From Leptogorgia sarmentosa (Eukaryota): a DNA stretch of 64,000 nt. Shown here in pieces: positions 12,846 to 25,176 of this stretch (position 1 is its first letter; the number at the start of each line of letters is the position of its first letter). The notes below the pieces were generated by a model. The model made no database searches. It worked only from the letters and a program-made list of their open reading frames with translations, and was not told the origin of the DNA. A program made the translations under genes and the position numbers. The stretch covers positions 23,250,001 through 23,314,000 of the forward strand of contig OZ210885.1 in assembly GCA_964658305.1 (NCBI GenBank), in the 5' to 3' direction.

Positions 12846-13973
12846 CACTTTATATTCTGTTTTCAAGTAGTTTTTCCCTTCCCTCACTCTTTTTTGTAAG
12901 TCATTCAGTTTGGCTTTTTCAAGACCAGCCTGCTCGAGATCGTTGATGATGTTTTGTGGGGTAACAAATGATGCTGCACCGTCACCTGCAATATTGTCAA
13001 GACTTGCGCTCGGAAGCTTCCATTACATTTAGTACTCTGTACATCGTACGTTTGCTTAAGGGCGAAAACTCTTCCTCCTTACAATATCCAACATATTGGG
13101 CAATAAAGGTTGATCGCCCAATCAGGCTCAGGTGTAGCCGCTGAGCAGGATGCTGCAATTTTGTGTCCAGCTTGTATTTTACACGGCCTACAATTGTACA
13201 ATCAGCATGGGCACAGTTAAAAAGAGAATACTATACAGTTTATAAATATGGCTAGTTTAGAATCGAAGTTAACCTTGCAGATTCTTGAAGAATTCTTTCA
13301 TTTTCTGTCTCGACAGGAGGTTGTCTTATCCAATTGTCTTCCCCTTCCATTTGCGACTTGTGCTTCTTTCTGCACGATGAACATATACCTAAGAAAAGCC
13401 CCAAAGGAAAACAGATAAGCTATTTATTAATGGAAGAAACTCTAAATAAAAAAACGATGCTTAAAACATACGTGACCCAACGGGAACATATTCTTGATAC
13501 AATGCCATTCTTTCTTTTGCCATCTGAAAACCAACTATATCCCTTCCTCTTACTTGTTTCTTGCCGCCTCATATTTGATAACGGACTCCCATGACAAATG
13601 GTATGTAGCTAAATGTGTTTTTATGTCATCTTTGCATTCCACCAAAAGAGTTAGTTTCTCTTTTCCTCGGGATGGCCCACAAGTCAGGGTATCTTTCCCT
13701 CTTACGAAGCATGAAATAGACATTTTACAACAAAGCAGCCAGCACAAACGTTTCAATGTAAATGAAAAATTTTCTTCCATAAGGCTGTATAATGTTGCAA
13801 TTGTAAGGAAGAACTCCATTTACTTTAGATAATATAAAATGAAGTAACTGACTATGTTATTGTGGGCTCAGAAGAGCACATGTTTTGGAGAAAAGGGTTG
13901 TTGTTGTTGTTAAATTTTCGTAAGGTTGAAACAAATATATTTCATATCATAAAGAATTCCGTTATTCGTTATA

Positions 13974-13991
13974 TGGCGCCCAACGTGGGGC
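13974..13991 (+). promoter_or_regulatory. Primer binding site complementary to tRNA-Lys(CUU)
   Basis: TGGCGCCCAACGTGGGGC directly after the 5' LTR is the classic tRNA-Lys1,2 PBS. Confidence 0.9.
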
Positions 13992-14036
13992 AGTTTAACC
14001 GTTCGTAGTTATTCGTAATTGTGCTGAAATCGTGAA

Positions 14037-17000
14037 ATGGCAACGGAGCAGGGCCAAAGTTTAGAAAGAAGCGTGGCAGTAAGAGGTGCTCATCGTGGCG
14101 TTTTGACAAGGTTAATCAAGGAAGCCGAGCAGATTTTGTTAGGAGTTGAAGAAGTGGATCTCGAGAAAGCATGTGAGCGTTTACACACACTTAATGGAGT
14201 AATACAAGAGAAGGGAAAATTATTACAGTCGTTGGATGAAAATATTTTGGACAAAATAAAATTGGAAGAAATTGAGCGTGAGGTCATCGAGACATCGTCA
14301 ATCGTTGAGAAGGTTATGGAGGTAAGACGTAAAATTGACAATTTTGTGAAGAAAAACATTCGTAAAACGTCGTTAAAGGAGAATATACCCGAGTCTTTAA
14401 GTCAATCGTTAGAAAATAGTGACGCAAGTAACAATGTACAAGCAGAAGTCATAGCAGTGAGTGACACGGACATGCAAAGTGACACGGACACGCAAGGCAA
14501 CACGGACACGCAAGTCAGCACGGACACACAAGCTAACACAAACACAGGAGTTAATGCAAGTACTGAGAACCACCCAAGCAACCAGTTAAGTGAAGGATTG
14601 AGTAACTCTATAAACATACCAAATCAAAACGATGCACGTACAACTCATGAGGTCAGGGTGGCAAGGCCAAAATTACCAAAATTGTGTTTGCCCAAATTTA
14701 AGGGTGATGTAAAAAAATGGCATGCATTCTGGGAATTGTTTGAATCTTTGATACATAAAAACGAGGAAATGTCTCAAATTGATAAATTCAATTACATGAG
14801 CACTCTGCTGGAGGAGGAAGCAGCTAGAGCCATCCAAGGGTTGTCCCTAACAAGCGCAAATTATACTGTTGCCATAGACATATTACAAGAGAGATTTGGT
14901 AAACCCCAAACAGTAATCACTGCACACATGGATGATCTGTTAAAATTACCTACCTTGATGTCCAATTGTCGGGTGAAGGATCTCAGGGCAGTTTTGGATC
15001 AGTTAACCATTCATGTGCGTGGACTTGAATCGCTTGGTATAAGTGCACAACAGTATGGAAGTCTGCTTACACCAATTGTGATGTCTAAGCTACCCCCAGA
15101 TGTTCGACTGTTGGTTACACGAAAGGCACAAGGTTCCTTGTTAGAGTTAGGGGGTATTATAGAAATGCTAAAGGTAGAGGTAGAGGCACGTGAGGCGAGT
15201 TTTTCGTTAAAAACACAGGATAGTAACCTTTTCGGTAAAGGATCGTGGGAAAGAGGGCGAAATCATGGGATCAAGAGTGTCTCTACCGCAGCGTTTGTAA
15301 CCAATTCGAGCAACCAATCGAGTAACATTAAGTGCGCATTTTGCTCGAAACAGCATTTTTCAGCTTCTTGTGACAACGTTAAGGACATTGGCAAACGCAG
15401 AGAAATTTTAATGAAGGAGCGTCGTTGCTTTTTGTGTCTGAAAAGGGGGCATAGAGCCTCTGAATGCAATCGTCCCATCTCGTGTCGTAAGTGCAACAGA
15501 CGTCACCATGAGTCCATCTGTAATCTGAATAAGGCGGCAGAAGACCAAGTAAATCCAGAAGGTTCAGGGAGAGTTCAAGATAACAGTACAACAATTTCGG
15601 CAGCTAATTTCACGAAAAAATCGAACGTGGTTCTTCAAACCGCAACTGCAATGGCTCGTTGTCCACACAATTCGGAAGCTGTACCCGTTCGCATCCTATT
15701 TGATGGAGGTAGTCAGCGTAGTTACATCACAAATGATCTGAAAAATCGTCTAGGGTTAAGCTCCAAACGCGTGGAAACTTTGAACGTAAGTACATTTGGG
15801 GACAAGTTGTATCGAAAGCAACCTTGTCAGTTGGTCGAACTGGAATTATTCAAGAAAGATGGAGACGCATCGAGAATTTCAGCCTTGACCTTCCCGAAAA
15901 TTTGCAGTGCATTGCCTTCAAGGGTCGACCTTAGTAATTGTCCAGTTCTTGCATCACTCGATTTAGCAAGTGACGTTCGTCACGACGACAGACCAATTGA
16001 CATTCTCATCGGGTCCGACTTGTATTGGGACTTTGTTTCTGGGAGAGTGGTTCGCAGTGAGGCGGGTCTCGTAGCCATAGAAAGTAAATTTGGTTGGATC
16101 ATCTCAGGAGTTAAGAACGGGCCGGATGTTGATGCTGATTGCGAGAGTACAAACTCGGTTACGAATTTAATCATCATGCGAGAAGTTGGTGCCGAGGAGC
16201 CGGTAGATTACCTCACATCAGACCTGAAACGATTCTGGGAAACTGAATCAATTGGTATTTACGAGGAAGTAGAAGAAAGTCGAAACCAAGCTACATCGGA
16301 ACAATTCAAAATTAACATTGAGCGTGAAGGTGACAGATATGCTGTTAACTTGCCATGGAGAGCTGATGGTCAACCAGTGCCAACTCATTACGAATTGTCC
16401 AAAACGAGGCTGAATTATTTGAAGCAAAGATTGGAAAAAAATAGCGGATTGATGGAAAAGTACGACGATATTATCAGAGAGCAGCTACAATCAGGAATCA
16501 TAGAACCGGTCTCGTTGGAGAATGAAAGTCTAGAAAACAACCCAAATGTCCATTACCTACCTCACCACGCGGTTGTACGAGAGGACAAGTCAACCACGAA
16601 AGTGCGAATAGTATTCGATGGATCGGCAAGGTTCAACAACAATGAGTTGTCAATTAATGATTGCCTAGAACGTGTACCTAACTTAGTTCCATCCCTATTC
16701 GATATTCTGGTTCGTTTTAGATCACACCCGTACGCTTTAGTAGCAGACATTGAAAAGGCTTTCCATATGATATCGATTAAACAAGAGGATAGAAATGCTC
16801 TACGATTTCTCTGGTTTAAATGCAAGGAAGACGGGTTGTCTGAGATAATGGTGTATCGTTTTTGCCGCCTTGTGTTTGGGCTCAAGCCTAGCCCTGCCAT
16901 TCTAGGAGCTACAATCAAGCATCATTTGTTACAGCAGTCGATAAGTATGCCTAAAATAACCAAGATTTTGGAGGATGATTTATATGTGGACGATTTGGCA

Positions 17001-19859
17001 ACTGGGACGGAGACGGAAGACGAAGCCATTCGTTTGTACCATTCAGCAAAGGAGATTATGTCTCGAGGTGGATTTAACCTGCGCAAGTGGAAAAGTAACT
17101 CTTCGCGTGTCCGACAGTACATTCATAATTGCGAGAACTGTGATGATAGTCGCAACAAGAACGAAATTGCCGCGGAAGGTATAAGCAAGGAGTCAGTTAC
17201 AGAAGATGATGAATCGTATGCGAAAGTATCAGTCAATCCGTTAAATAGTAATGAGGCATGTGAAATGAAAGTTCTTGGCAATTCGTGGAATTTCGAGGAC
17301 GATACATTAAAGTATAGTATTCAAGATTTGGTGGTATTTGCCAGGCTACTACCGGTAACGAAGCGTTCAGTTTTGAGGATGTCAGCTAGAATTTTCGATC
17401 CACTTGGGCTAATCACACCCTTTAGTATCAGTTTGAAGATTCTCTTTCAAGAGTTGTGCTTGGACTCTGCTGAGTGGGACGCCCAGTTACGTAATCCTTT
17501 CAGGGATAAATGGGAGAAATTGATTCTACAGCTGCCAGCACTCAAAGATATTTCAGTTGCAAGAAATTGTTTTCCCGTTGGCAAGAACAAGCAGCTTATC
17601 GAACTGCATGGATTTTCCGATGCAAGTGCTAAGGCATATGCTGCAACCGTTTATGTTCGTGTCGTAAATGATGATATCGTACACACATCGCTCATGTGTG
17701 CAAAAACACGCGTTGCACCTGTCAAAACTCAAACTATTCCCCGCTTAGAGCTCTTGGGAGCAGTTCTCTTGGCGCGTTTGATGGACTCAGTAATCAAGGC
17801 GTTACCGGGTATTATTTCAATAGAAAATGTGTTTTATTGGACTGACTCTATTACAGTGCTATGTTGGATTCGAAATAACAGAAATTGGAAGCAGTACGTT
17901 ATGCGACGAGTGGAGGAGATACGCAAATTCAGTCGAGCGGACAAGTGGAATCATTGTCCAGGAGTTTTAAACCCAGCGGACTTGGCAACTCGGGGAGTTC
18001 CAGCTGAACAGTTAAATAAGAACATGTTATGGTGGACAGGCCCCGATTTCATTAAGTCTCGAGTGATAGCATGTCAAGAAAGTTCAAATGAATCCCCTTT
18101 AGAGAAAGAGGTTTTGGAAGAGGAAATAAAACCACCTACAAAAATCACTCACGTATTCGCGTTGCCTCAAGAAGAGATTGTCACTCCATATCAGAGTTTG
18201 GAGGCGGTTATGGATTGCAAAAACTTTAGTAATCTACAACACTTAATCAGAGTAACGTGCTACGTGTTTCGTTTCATACGGAATGTAAAATGTCGCGCTA
18301 AAGAGAACGTGGACGTTTTACCCGCAAATCGTATACTAACGGCAGAAGAAATTGTCAACGCCAAGAACGCGTGGATTCGAACTGTCCAGTTAAGCGGATT
18401 TGCTAAGGAGTTCGAAAATATCAGTGCCGGGATTGTTTCGAACTACATAAGGCAATTTGGGTTGTACATTGACCAGTGGGGAATTTTAAGATGCAAGGGA
18501 AGAATCGGAAATGCAAACATTCCATCCGAAACTGCAAATCCAGTATTACTGCCAACACATCACCATTTGACTACGTTGGTGATAAAGGAAGTTCATGCAA
18601 AAACAATGCATGGTGGAGTCGCGTCGACTTTAACTGCAATTCGAGACAATTATTGGATTCCAAGAGGAAGGGAACTTGTGAAGAGCGTTGTTCGACGTTG
18701 TATTGTTTGTACGAGGTATAATGCCAAGCCATTTCCGTTATTCACTCCACCAAGTCTGCCACACAGTCGTGTTGACGATGGTCCGCCCTGGACAAATACG
18801 GGAGTCGACTACGCTGGACCAATATTTGTGCTGAGAAGGAACGCTGCAGACAAGGGATCTCCCGAGAAGGTTTATCTTTGCTTATTTACGTGTGCGTCAA
18901 CGCGTGCCGTTCATTTAGAATTGGTACAAGACTGCTCCGCCGAGCAGTTCCTCATGGCCTTTCGGCGTTTCGTTGGCCATAGAGGTTTACCCCGTGTTAT
19001 AATGTCGGACAATGCAAAGAATTTCAAAACGTCAGCGAAGGAAATTACGAAGATCGGGCGGTCAAAGTTGGTCCAGTCACATTTAGCAAATATTGGAGTT
19101 AAATGGTCGTTCATTGTTGAAAGGGCCCCATGGTGGGGTGGGTTTTGGGAACGTCTAGTGAAAATAACCAAGGATTGTATAAAGAAGTCAGTCGGTCGTG
19201 CACTCCTGACGTTTGAACAATTAAGAACATTATTTACTGAAGTCGAGTCTGTCGTTAATTCCCGTCCACTGACATATGTCAACGACGACGTAGACGGTAC
19301 ATCCTATGCATTATCACCAGCGCACTTGATTTACGGTAGAAGGATCAGTGGTGATCAGAATCAGGAGTGCTACGAAGTCGTTAGTACTCACGAAAGTTTG
19401 ACGAAAAAAACTCGACACCATCGTCAATTACTACGGCAGTTTACGAAACGTTGGAGACGTGAATATCTAACAAGCTTACGCGAGAATGCTCGAAAGGTCA
19501 ACACTAAAGAACCGCATGTGAAGGTGGGAGATCTTGTGATTCTAAAGAACGATGGAACAGCGAGGTGTTTTTGGAAGATTGCAAAAATTGTGAAATTAAT
19601 TGAAGGCAAGGATGGCAAGATAAGGGCAGCAGAAATTCGGGTTATGGGGTCGAACGAGAATCGTAGCGCAATAACCCTAAAGAGGCCGTTGCAATTGCTT
19701 ATACCGACTGAGATAAAGGCGAAGGAAGATGAGAGCAAGGATCGTGAACTGTCGGAAAAAACGAAACTCAACCCCAATGCGAAGGTATTCCTGCCAAACA
19801 GAGCTAGACGCGAGGCAGCCGTTGCTGGAGAAATCAAAAGACGATTTACGAACAGCTAG
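14037..19859 (+). CDS. BEL/Pao gag-pol polyprotein (DUF1759 gag, Zn knuckles, aspartic protease, RT, RNase H, integrase)
   Basis: LPKLCLPKFKGD; CFLCLKRGH..C and CRKCNRRHH..C; ILFDGGSQRSY; YLPHH, DIEKAF, LYVDD; LHGFSDAS, TIPRLEL; HHCC zinc finger; GVDYAGP, SDNAKNF, WWGGFWERLV; LKRPLQLLIPTE. Confidence 0.97.
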   Translation: MATEQGQSLERSVAVRGAHRGVLTRLIKEAEQILLGVEEVDLEKACERLHTLNGVIQEKGKLLQSLDENILDKIKLEEIEREVIETSSIVEKVMEVRRKIDNFVKKNIRKTSLKENIPESLSQSLENSDASNNVQAEVIAVSDTDMQSDTDTQGNTDTQVSTDTQANTNTGVNASTENHPSNQLSEGLSNSINIPNQNDARTTHEVRVARPKLPKLCLPKFKGDVKKWHAFWELFESLIHKNEEMSQIDKFNYMSTLLEEEAARAIQGLSLTSANYTVAIDILQERFGKPQTVITAHMDDLLKLPTLMSNCRVKDLRAVLDQLTIHVRGLESLGISAQQYGSLLTPIVMSKLPPDVRLLVTRKAQGSLLELGGIIEMLKVEVEAREASFSLKTQDSNLFGKGSWERGRNHGIKSVSTAAFVTNSSNQSSNIKCAFCSKQHFSASCDNVKDIGKRREILMKERRCFLCLKRGHRASECNRPISCRKCNRRHHESICNLNKAAEDQVNPEGSGRVQDNSTTISAANFTKKSNVVLQTATAMARCPHNSEAVPVRILFDGGSQRSYITNDLKNRLGLSSKRVETLNVSTFGDKLYRKQPCQLVELELFKKDGDASRISALTFPKICSALPSRVDLSNCPVLASLDLASDVRHDDRPIDILIGSDLYWDFVSGRVVRSEAGLVAIESKFGWIISGVKNGPDVDADCESTNSVTNLIIMREVGAEEPVDYLTSDLKRFWETESIGIYEEVEESRNQATSEQFKINIEREGDRYAVNLPWRADGQPVPTHYELSKTRLNYLKQRLEKNSGLMEKYDDIIREQLQSGIIEPVSLENESLENNPNVHYLPHHAVVREDKSTTKVRIVFDGSARFNNNELSINDCLERVPNLVPSLFDILVRFRSHPYALVADIEKAFHMISIKQEDRNALRFLWFKCKEDGLSEIMVYRFCRLVFGLKPSPAILGATIKHHLLQQSISMPKITKILEDDLYVDDLATGTETEDEAIRLYHSAKEIMSRGGFNLRKWKSNSSRVRQYIHNCENCDDSRNKNEIAAEGISKESVTEDDESYAKVSVNPLNSNEACEMKVLGNSWNFEDDTLKYSIQDLVVFARLLPVTKRSVLRMSARIFDPLGLITPFSISLKILFQELCLDSAEWDAQLRNPFRDKWEKLILQLPALKDISVARNCFPVGKNKQLIELHGFSDASAKAYAATVYVRVVNDDIVHTSLMCAKTRVAPVKTQTIPRLELLGAVLLARLMDSVIKALPGIISIENVFYWTDSITVLCWIRNNRNWKQYVMRRVEEIRKFSRADKWNHCPGVLNPADLATRGVPAEQLNKNMLWWTGPDFIKSRVIACQESSNESPLEKEVLEEEIKPPTKITHVFALPQEEIVTPYQSLEAVMDCKNFSNLQHLIRVTCYVFRFIRNVKCRAKENVDVLPANRILTAEEIVNAKNAWIRTVQLSGFAKEFENISAGIVSNYIRQFGLYIDQWGILRCKGRIGNANIPSETANPVLLPTHHHLTTLVIKEVHAKTMHGGVASTLTAIRDNYWIPRGRELVKSVVRRCIVCTRYNAKPFPLFTPPSLPHSRVDDGPPWTNTGVDYAGPIFVLRRNAADKGSPEKVYLCLFTCASTRAVHLELVQDCSAEQFLMAFRRFVGHRGLPRVIMSDNAKNFKTSAKEITKIGRSKLVQSHLANIGVKWSFIVERAPWWGGFWERLVKITKDCIKKSVGRALLTFEQLRTLFTEVESVVNSRPLTYVNDDVDGTSYALSPAHLIYGRRISGDQNQECYEVVSTHESLTKKTRHHRQLLRQFTKRWRREYLTSLRENARKVNTKEPHVKVGDLVILKNDGTARCFWKIAKIVKLIEGKDGKIRAAEIRVMGSNENRSAITLKRPLQLLIPTEIKAKEDESKDRELSEKTKLNPNAKVFLPNRARREAAVAGEIKRRFTNS

Positions 19860-21075
19860 TTGTTAATGTTGTTATTGTTGTTCATTGATTTGTGTACTTC
19901 AAATCAACTCGGGGAGTGTAAGGAAGAACTCCATTTACTTTAGATAATATAAAATGAAGTAACTGACTATGTTATTGTGGGCTCAGAAGAGCACATGTTT
20001 TGGAGAAAAGGGTTGTTGTTGTTGTTAAATTTTCGTAAGGTTGAAACAAATATATTTCATATCATAAAGAATTCCGTTATTCGTTATAGCAATCGCCCAA
20101 ATTAGAAACATTAATTTAATGATTTATTAATTAAACAACAGACAATATCTGGTCAGCAGTGTTGCTCTCAAAACAAAACATTAAGAATTATGAAAATTGA
20201 AATCGCTGAAATTCTGAACATGACAATCTTTTGTTTGTTGCATAAGCGTCAAATTGTTCCCAGTTCGTTTTATTTGTTCTTGATTGCAAAGAAACAAGCT
20301 GTGCTTTAAATAAAACCGAATAAACTACAGCGCAAAAAGAGTATACGCAATACAAACCTGATTCTCTCCGCGCTACTTGTCATTGGACATCATAATATAT
20401 TTGAACATATATCTGGTCAATAAGCGAATGGCAGATGTGATCGATCTTTTGCTCACTCTTATTATGTTTACGACTGAAAATACTGAACCAGAACTGCATC
20501 TATGGGGATGCCGCGCTGCAACGGGCAGCGTTGCATCTGATGAACAACTTGTGCGAAGAAGGTACATAGTAGAAAACTATATATATTTGACCGAACGTAT
20601 CAGGAAAGTGAGAGCTCAACCACAAGATTTTGTTTTTTATCTTTAAATGAAACCTCCATAATTGCATGAATGTTTAAATAAATCCTGAATCTTTCCTCAC
20701 TTTACTGCAGTAATCGCCTAAATTTGAGCAATGAGATCATTGCGATGGCCCATAAAAAGACATGTTTTCTAAGTAGCTTTAACCAAATTCAGATTTTTAG
20801 AGAATGTGTAAAATTTTAGTAATATGTACTTAAAGTGTCTATGCAACGAAATTTTCAATCTTATTGTGTTGCTTGTCGCCGATAAAGGAATTTTTTCTGA
20901 TTTGATTCCTGCAATCAGAATGAAAATCGGCCCAGTAGAACCGTCTTTATGACGCTTTGAACTTGCCATATTTTCAATATTGATTGCAACAATGAGGTGC
21001 CATATGTAAGCGCCTCTGTGACGTCATAAGTATGACATGTGTAGGGTTGTTGTATTGGACTGATTGGAAGTAAAC

Positions 21076-24000
21076 ATGGCAAGCGCATCTGATGCAAAGC
21101 GACGACGCTCTGGCGGAGGGAAATTTTGTGTTGCTGGCGGTCCAGGCCAAGTCAGTTGTACAAACAGCCAGTTCACCGAAGGGATTTCAGTGCATTCCTT
21201 TCCGGACATTAAAGATGCGAGAAGAGCCGAGTGGGTGCGTTTTGTTCGCAGGCATCGACCAAATTTCAACGCGTCGAAGTCGTCGGTGTTGTGCTCTGCA
21301 CATTTCCATCCTTCTTCATTCACGATCAATTTAGACATAGCTGCTTCGCTTGGCATGAAAAGAATCCTTAGAAATGACGCTGTTCCAACTATAGACATTG
21401 CTGGAAATATGCCGTCGACCTCAGGCCAGGTTTCGGATAGGGAACGCAGACAGGTACGCTGAAGAGCGAATTTGCGTTTATGTTAAATAACTTTGTTGAT
21501 TATTCATCATTCAGCATATCAATTGCAATGCTTATACCATACTATATGGTTTTATTTCATTGTGTAGATAATCCGCGACAGCAATAAAACCTTAGCATCA
21601 AAGCAAGTCGAGGTTGAAACGGCTACAACTACAAGAGAAATCGACAGTGAAACCGAGGGAAGTTTAAGGGAAGAACAGGCTAAACCGCCTGAACAGCTTG
21701 TCACAGTTACCAAAGGCCAGAAGGGAAAGCGGTTCTTGGAGAAATCTCTGTGCATGAATTGCAAAACTTTGAAAAATAAAGTACGGAAGTTGCAAAAGAA
21801 AGTGCACTGGCTCCAAAAAACCAAACGTGATTTGAAAAAAAGGCAGGAAAACGCGGACCGACCAAGCACAAGCCAAACACTAAGTTCGGAAGGAAGTGAA
21901 ACCGAGGGCGAGGGCGAAGATGATGCTTATAAAACAAGTGAAATGGACACGGATGATGAAGCAGTTGCCGCTGGTGCACAAGGTTCCGATATCGATTGGA
22001 CTTCTCACGAAGAAGAGAGTATGTCCTCAAGTGAAGGGAATGACGAGGAAGATGAAAACAACCTATCCAACAAAGTCCAGTAAGTATTCCACACCTTGGG
22101 CTTGGGTCTACTCTACAATCACATCATGTTTCACCCTGATCATGACTGCTACAGACTGCAGTACATTAGAACAAACTGGAACTGTAGAAATTTTGCAGTT
22201 GCTATTACTTCATACACTATTTGCCTTTTGAAAGAGCCTATTATAAAGGAACAGGCTAAAGCTAAACAATTTTTACATAATTATAGTACTGATACTGCCG
22301 CATTATTTTTTATCCCTATCAGACTTTCAACTTGTTCTACTGTAACTGTAGTCTTGCTCTTTTGGCCTGCCCTTGATTATAATCCAGTTCAATATGTATG
22401 TATTTACTTCTTTTGATATTGATTCTTTTGTCATATTTCATTTTCAGTGTTGAGCCAGGAACGAAGCCACATGCACAGCCAAAATTTGTAGTGTTCTACA
22501 ATATGTTGATGAGTCTCTTCACCATTCTCTGCTTCAAATGTAAATCACCAAACCCAACTGCTGAGTTAAGAAGAAATGGAACAATGGCCACAATTACACA
22601 AATTTGCAAGCAATGCAAACCTAAGAAAGCTTTTACTTGGCGAAGTCAGCCATTAGTGTTAGGAAAGCACCCAGCTGGTAATGTTATGATGAGCTTTGGT
22701 ATTCTGATGTCAGGAATTAGTATCAGCCAGGTGATAGTCATGTTCAAGCACATGAATTTATCTGCAATATCCCTCAGGACATACTTCTTGCACCAGAGCA
22801 AATTTCTGTTTCCATCAGTATTTAAACTTTGGAAAGCAACACAAACAACCATGGTAGAGAAGTTGAAGGAACGTAAACAGCCATATAGCTGGTCTGGAGA
22901 TGGTCGATTTGATTCGATGGGCCACAGTGCCAAGTATGGTGTGTACAGCATGTTCAGCAAGGGCACATCAAAAGTAGTCCACTTTGAACTGTTGCAGGTG
23001 AATATACATATACTCATTGTTATTCAATATATGGTGTATGACAAATTACTTATTGAGTAACAGTGACCTAGCCAGCACAATATTCCCGGGCGGCAATGCA
23101 AATTTCAAACCATGATGATTATTAATTTCTTTATAAATTGATTGTTTTTATGGTCTACGAACATAACATTTGCATAGCCAGGGGATATTGAGCTGGCTAT
23201 GCTAGCATTGAGTGAAACTTCAAGGCAACAGTGTTTTGTGGACCTTGAAACCACATTGTTGCCATGTACAGTATGTCTTTCAATATTCCAACTTCTAGGA
23301 AGAACAATATTGTGCAAAAGACAATATTCTCAATATGTGATACATGCATTTCATGATTCCTGAGCGGTTTTAATTTATATTTTGATGTTTAGGCCAATCA
23401 GTCAGGCAGCAGTACTGCAATGGAGATTGATGCTGCAAAGAATTGCTTCATGTTTCTGAAGAAAGAAGGTCTTACCATTGATATTTTTGTGAGTGATCGC
23501 CATTAAAGTATTGCAAAATGGATTAGAAGCTCTGAGCAGACAAAACATTTCTATGATATATGGCACGTTCACAAAAGTATCAATAAGAAGTTGAGACAAG
23601 CAAGCAAAGAAAGTGGCTGTGAAATAATAGGAAAATGGCTTAAAAGTGTCAGAAACCATTTATACTGGAGTGTGCAGTCTACAAACCTTGGCTTTTCCCA
23701 GCTGATAGAAGCCAAGTGGAAATCCACTGTTCGTCATATGGCAAACAAGCACGTACAACATCCAGATGAGTTGTTCAGTCAATGTCCACATGCTGAACTT
23801 GAGCCCCGAGAGTGGATAAAGATGGGTAATACTTTTAGCCTAATGTATATGTAGTTAACAATTAGACAACAAGACTGGGTTTTGTATCACAAGATATCAA
23901 TGAGTGCCAAACACAAGTTGACTACCAGCGGGGCATGCCATGATAAACAATGGGCCTGAGTATTTTATGTTATGCAAAGTTATAGTGGTCTATCACAAGT

Positions 24001-25176
24001 AGGCCATTATTAGCTCAGTCAATTAAACTTATAGTACACTTATACCAATAGCATCTAATACTAATACCATCTGTGATGCAAGATGTATAGTTTCATAAAA
24101 ATATTTCAATTGTTTAGGAACCAAAGCATATGACAAAGTCAGCATGATTTTGTTGAAGAAGGGCACCATCAAAGATGTTGGAAAATGCTCACCAGATGTA
24201 CAAACCAGCTGCCTTGAAGGGTTCCATTCCACCCTTAACCACTGGCACCCAAAGATGACCAGCTTTTCTTGGTTAGGGACTTATTGCAGGTACTGTAGTA
24301 TGGTATTTACATCCATGCAAAATGATGCCATGCCTCTGTATGCAGCTCTGTATCCTTAAACCAAAATTGCTCCTGATTGGGCATTGATTCCATTTCCCCT
24401 GCCAATGGGGATGATTTTACATATAAATTGTAAAAATTATTTTATAAGTTCCATACTATTTTAAAACCAGATTTCCATATATCACTTTCAGGCATGTGCT
24501 TGCAATCTTGCACTTTAATGAAAATTTGCATCGGGAACAAAGGCACACAAAAGAAGGCAAGCCATATTTTAAGGTCACCTACCCAAAATTCAAATATGGC
24601 GAGGAAGTTGTAAGAGAAGTTCCAGTGCCCCCAACATATAGTATGATGTATTGTGTATTTTACTATTTTAAAATATTCACTATATGTAGTAACCATGGTG
24701 TAACAGTGTACATACATGGCTACCCTGACATACTGTGATTCTTTAGGTTATGTCTTAGAAGTTCTGGAAACTCTGTTCACCAGTTCAGTGGAGGATTTGG
24801 CAGAACTATCAAAAAAGTGTAAGGAAAAAGTCCCAGAACCACTGAACAGACAGTTCCCACAACGACTGGACAAAGCAGCAGCAATATTGCACCACCAAGA
24901 AAGATCTGAAACAACAGCCCAATTACCAAGTGGTAATAATGCATTAAACTATTCACCAATCTATGTAATAACTGTTCTATTTTTAACTTGTTGTACTTTT
25001 TTAATTATTTAGTGGAGGAGCAAAAGAAACAGCAGAAAGTCCTTCTGGCTCAAGAACATGCTGCCTCAAATCCTACCACAACACCTACTGTGCGAAGATG
25101 CAGAACATGCAACAACCCAATGAAAGGACATCCACGAGGGAGATGTCCAAGTATGGAAGCATCCCATGATAATTAA
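21076..25176 (+). pseudogene. Kolobok THAP-DDE transposase, multi-exon, with an in-frame stop
   Basis: Exons approximately 21076-21453, 21568-22079, 22448-22997, 23393-23825, 24118-24289, 24492-24642, 24747-24932, 25012-25176 (later boundaries less certain). THAP (CVAG..C, HSFP, W, LCSAHF, AVPT); WSGDGRFDSMGHSAKYG; VSDRH followed by TAA at 23504-23506; YDIWH; QTSCLEGFHS; LAILHFNEN; C-terminal CxxC..H...C knuckle. Confidence 0.85.

Larger units (their letters stand above)
7331..13723 (-). pseudogene. Sola-like (probably Sola3) transposase remnant A, interrupted by BEL element 1
   Basis: Removing the BEL element and one TSD copy restores the frame YLKTEYKVHCKPEENECADHCHKFGLSD, which aligns with YLKGDYKVHVSEESHVPDHCSVYATSD of the copy at 53326-56671. 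12850-13080 gives FSPLSKRTMYRVLNVMEAS..DNIAGDG. The first exon (13723-13472) ends VPVGS and splices to ICSSCRK. Confidence 0.7.
13802..20088 (+). mobile_element. BEL/Pao LTR retrotransposon 2, full length and intact
   Basis: 172-bp LTRs (13802-13973, 19917-20088) that look identical. TSD GCAAT (13797-13801, 20089-20093). PBS at 13974-13991, PPT GGGGAG at 19911-19916, single 1940-aa ORF. Confidence 0.98.

Noticed and set aside
14090..19837. Many short antisense and alternate-frame ORFs inside BEL-2
   Set aside because: Shadow frames of the gag-pol ORF with no recognisable motifs.
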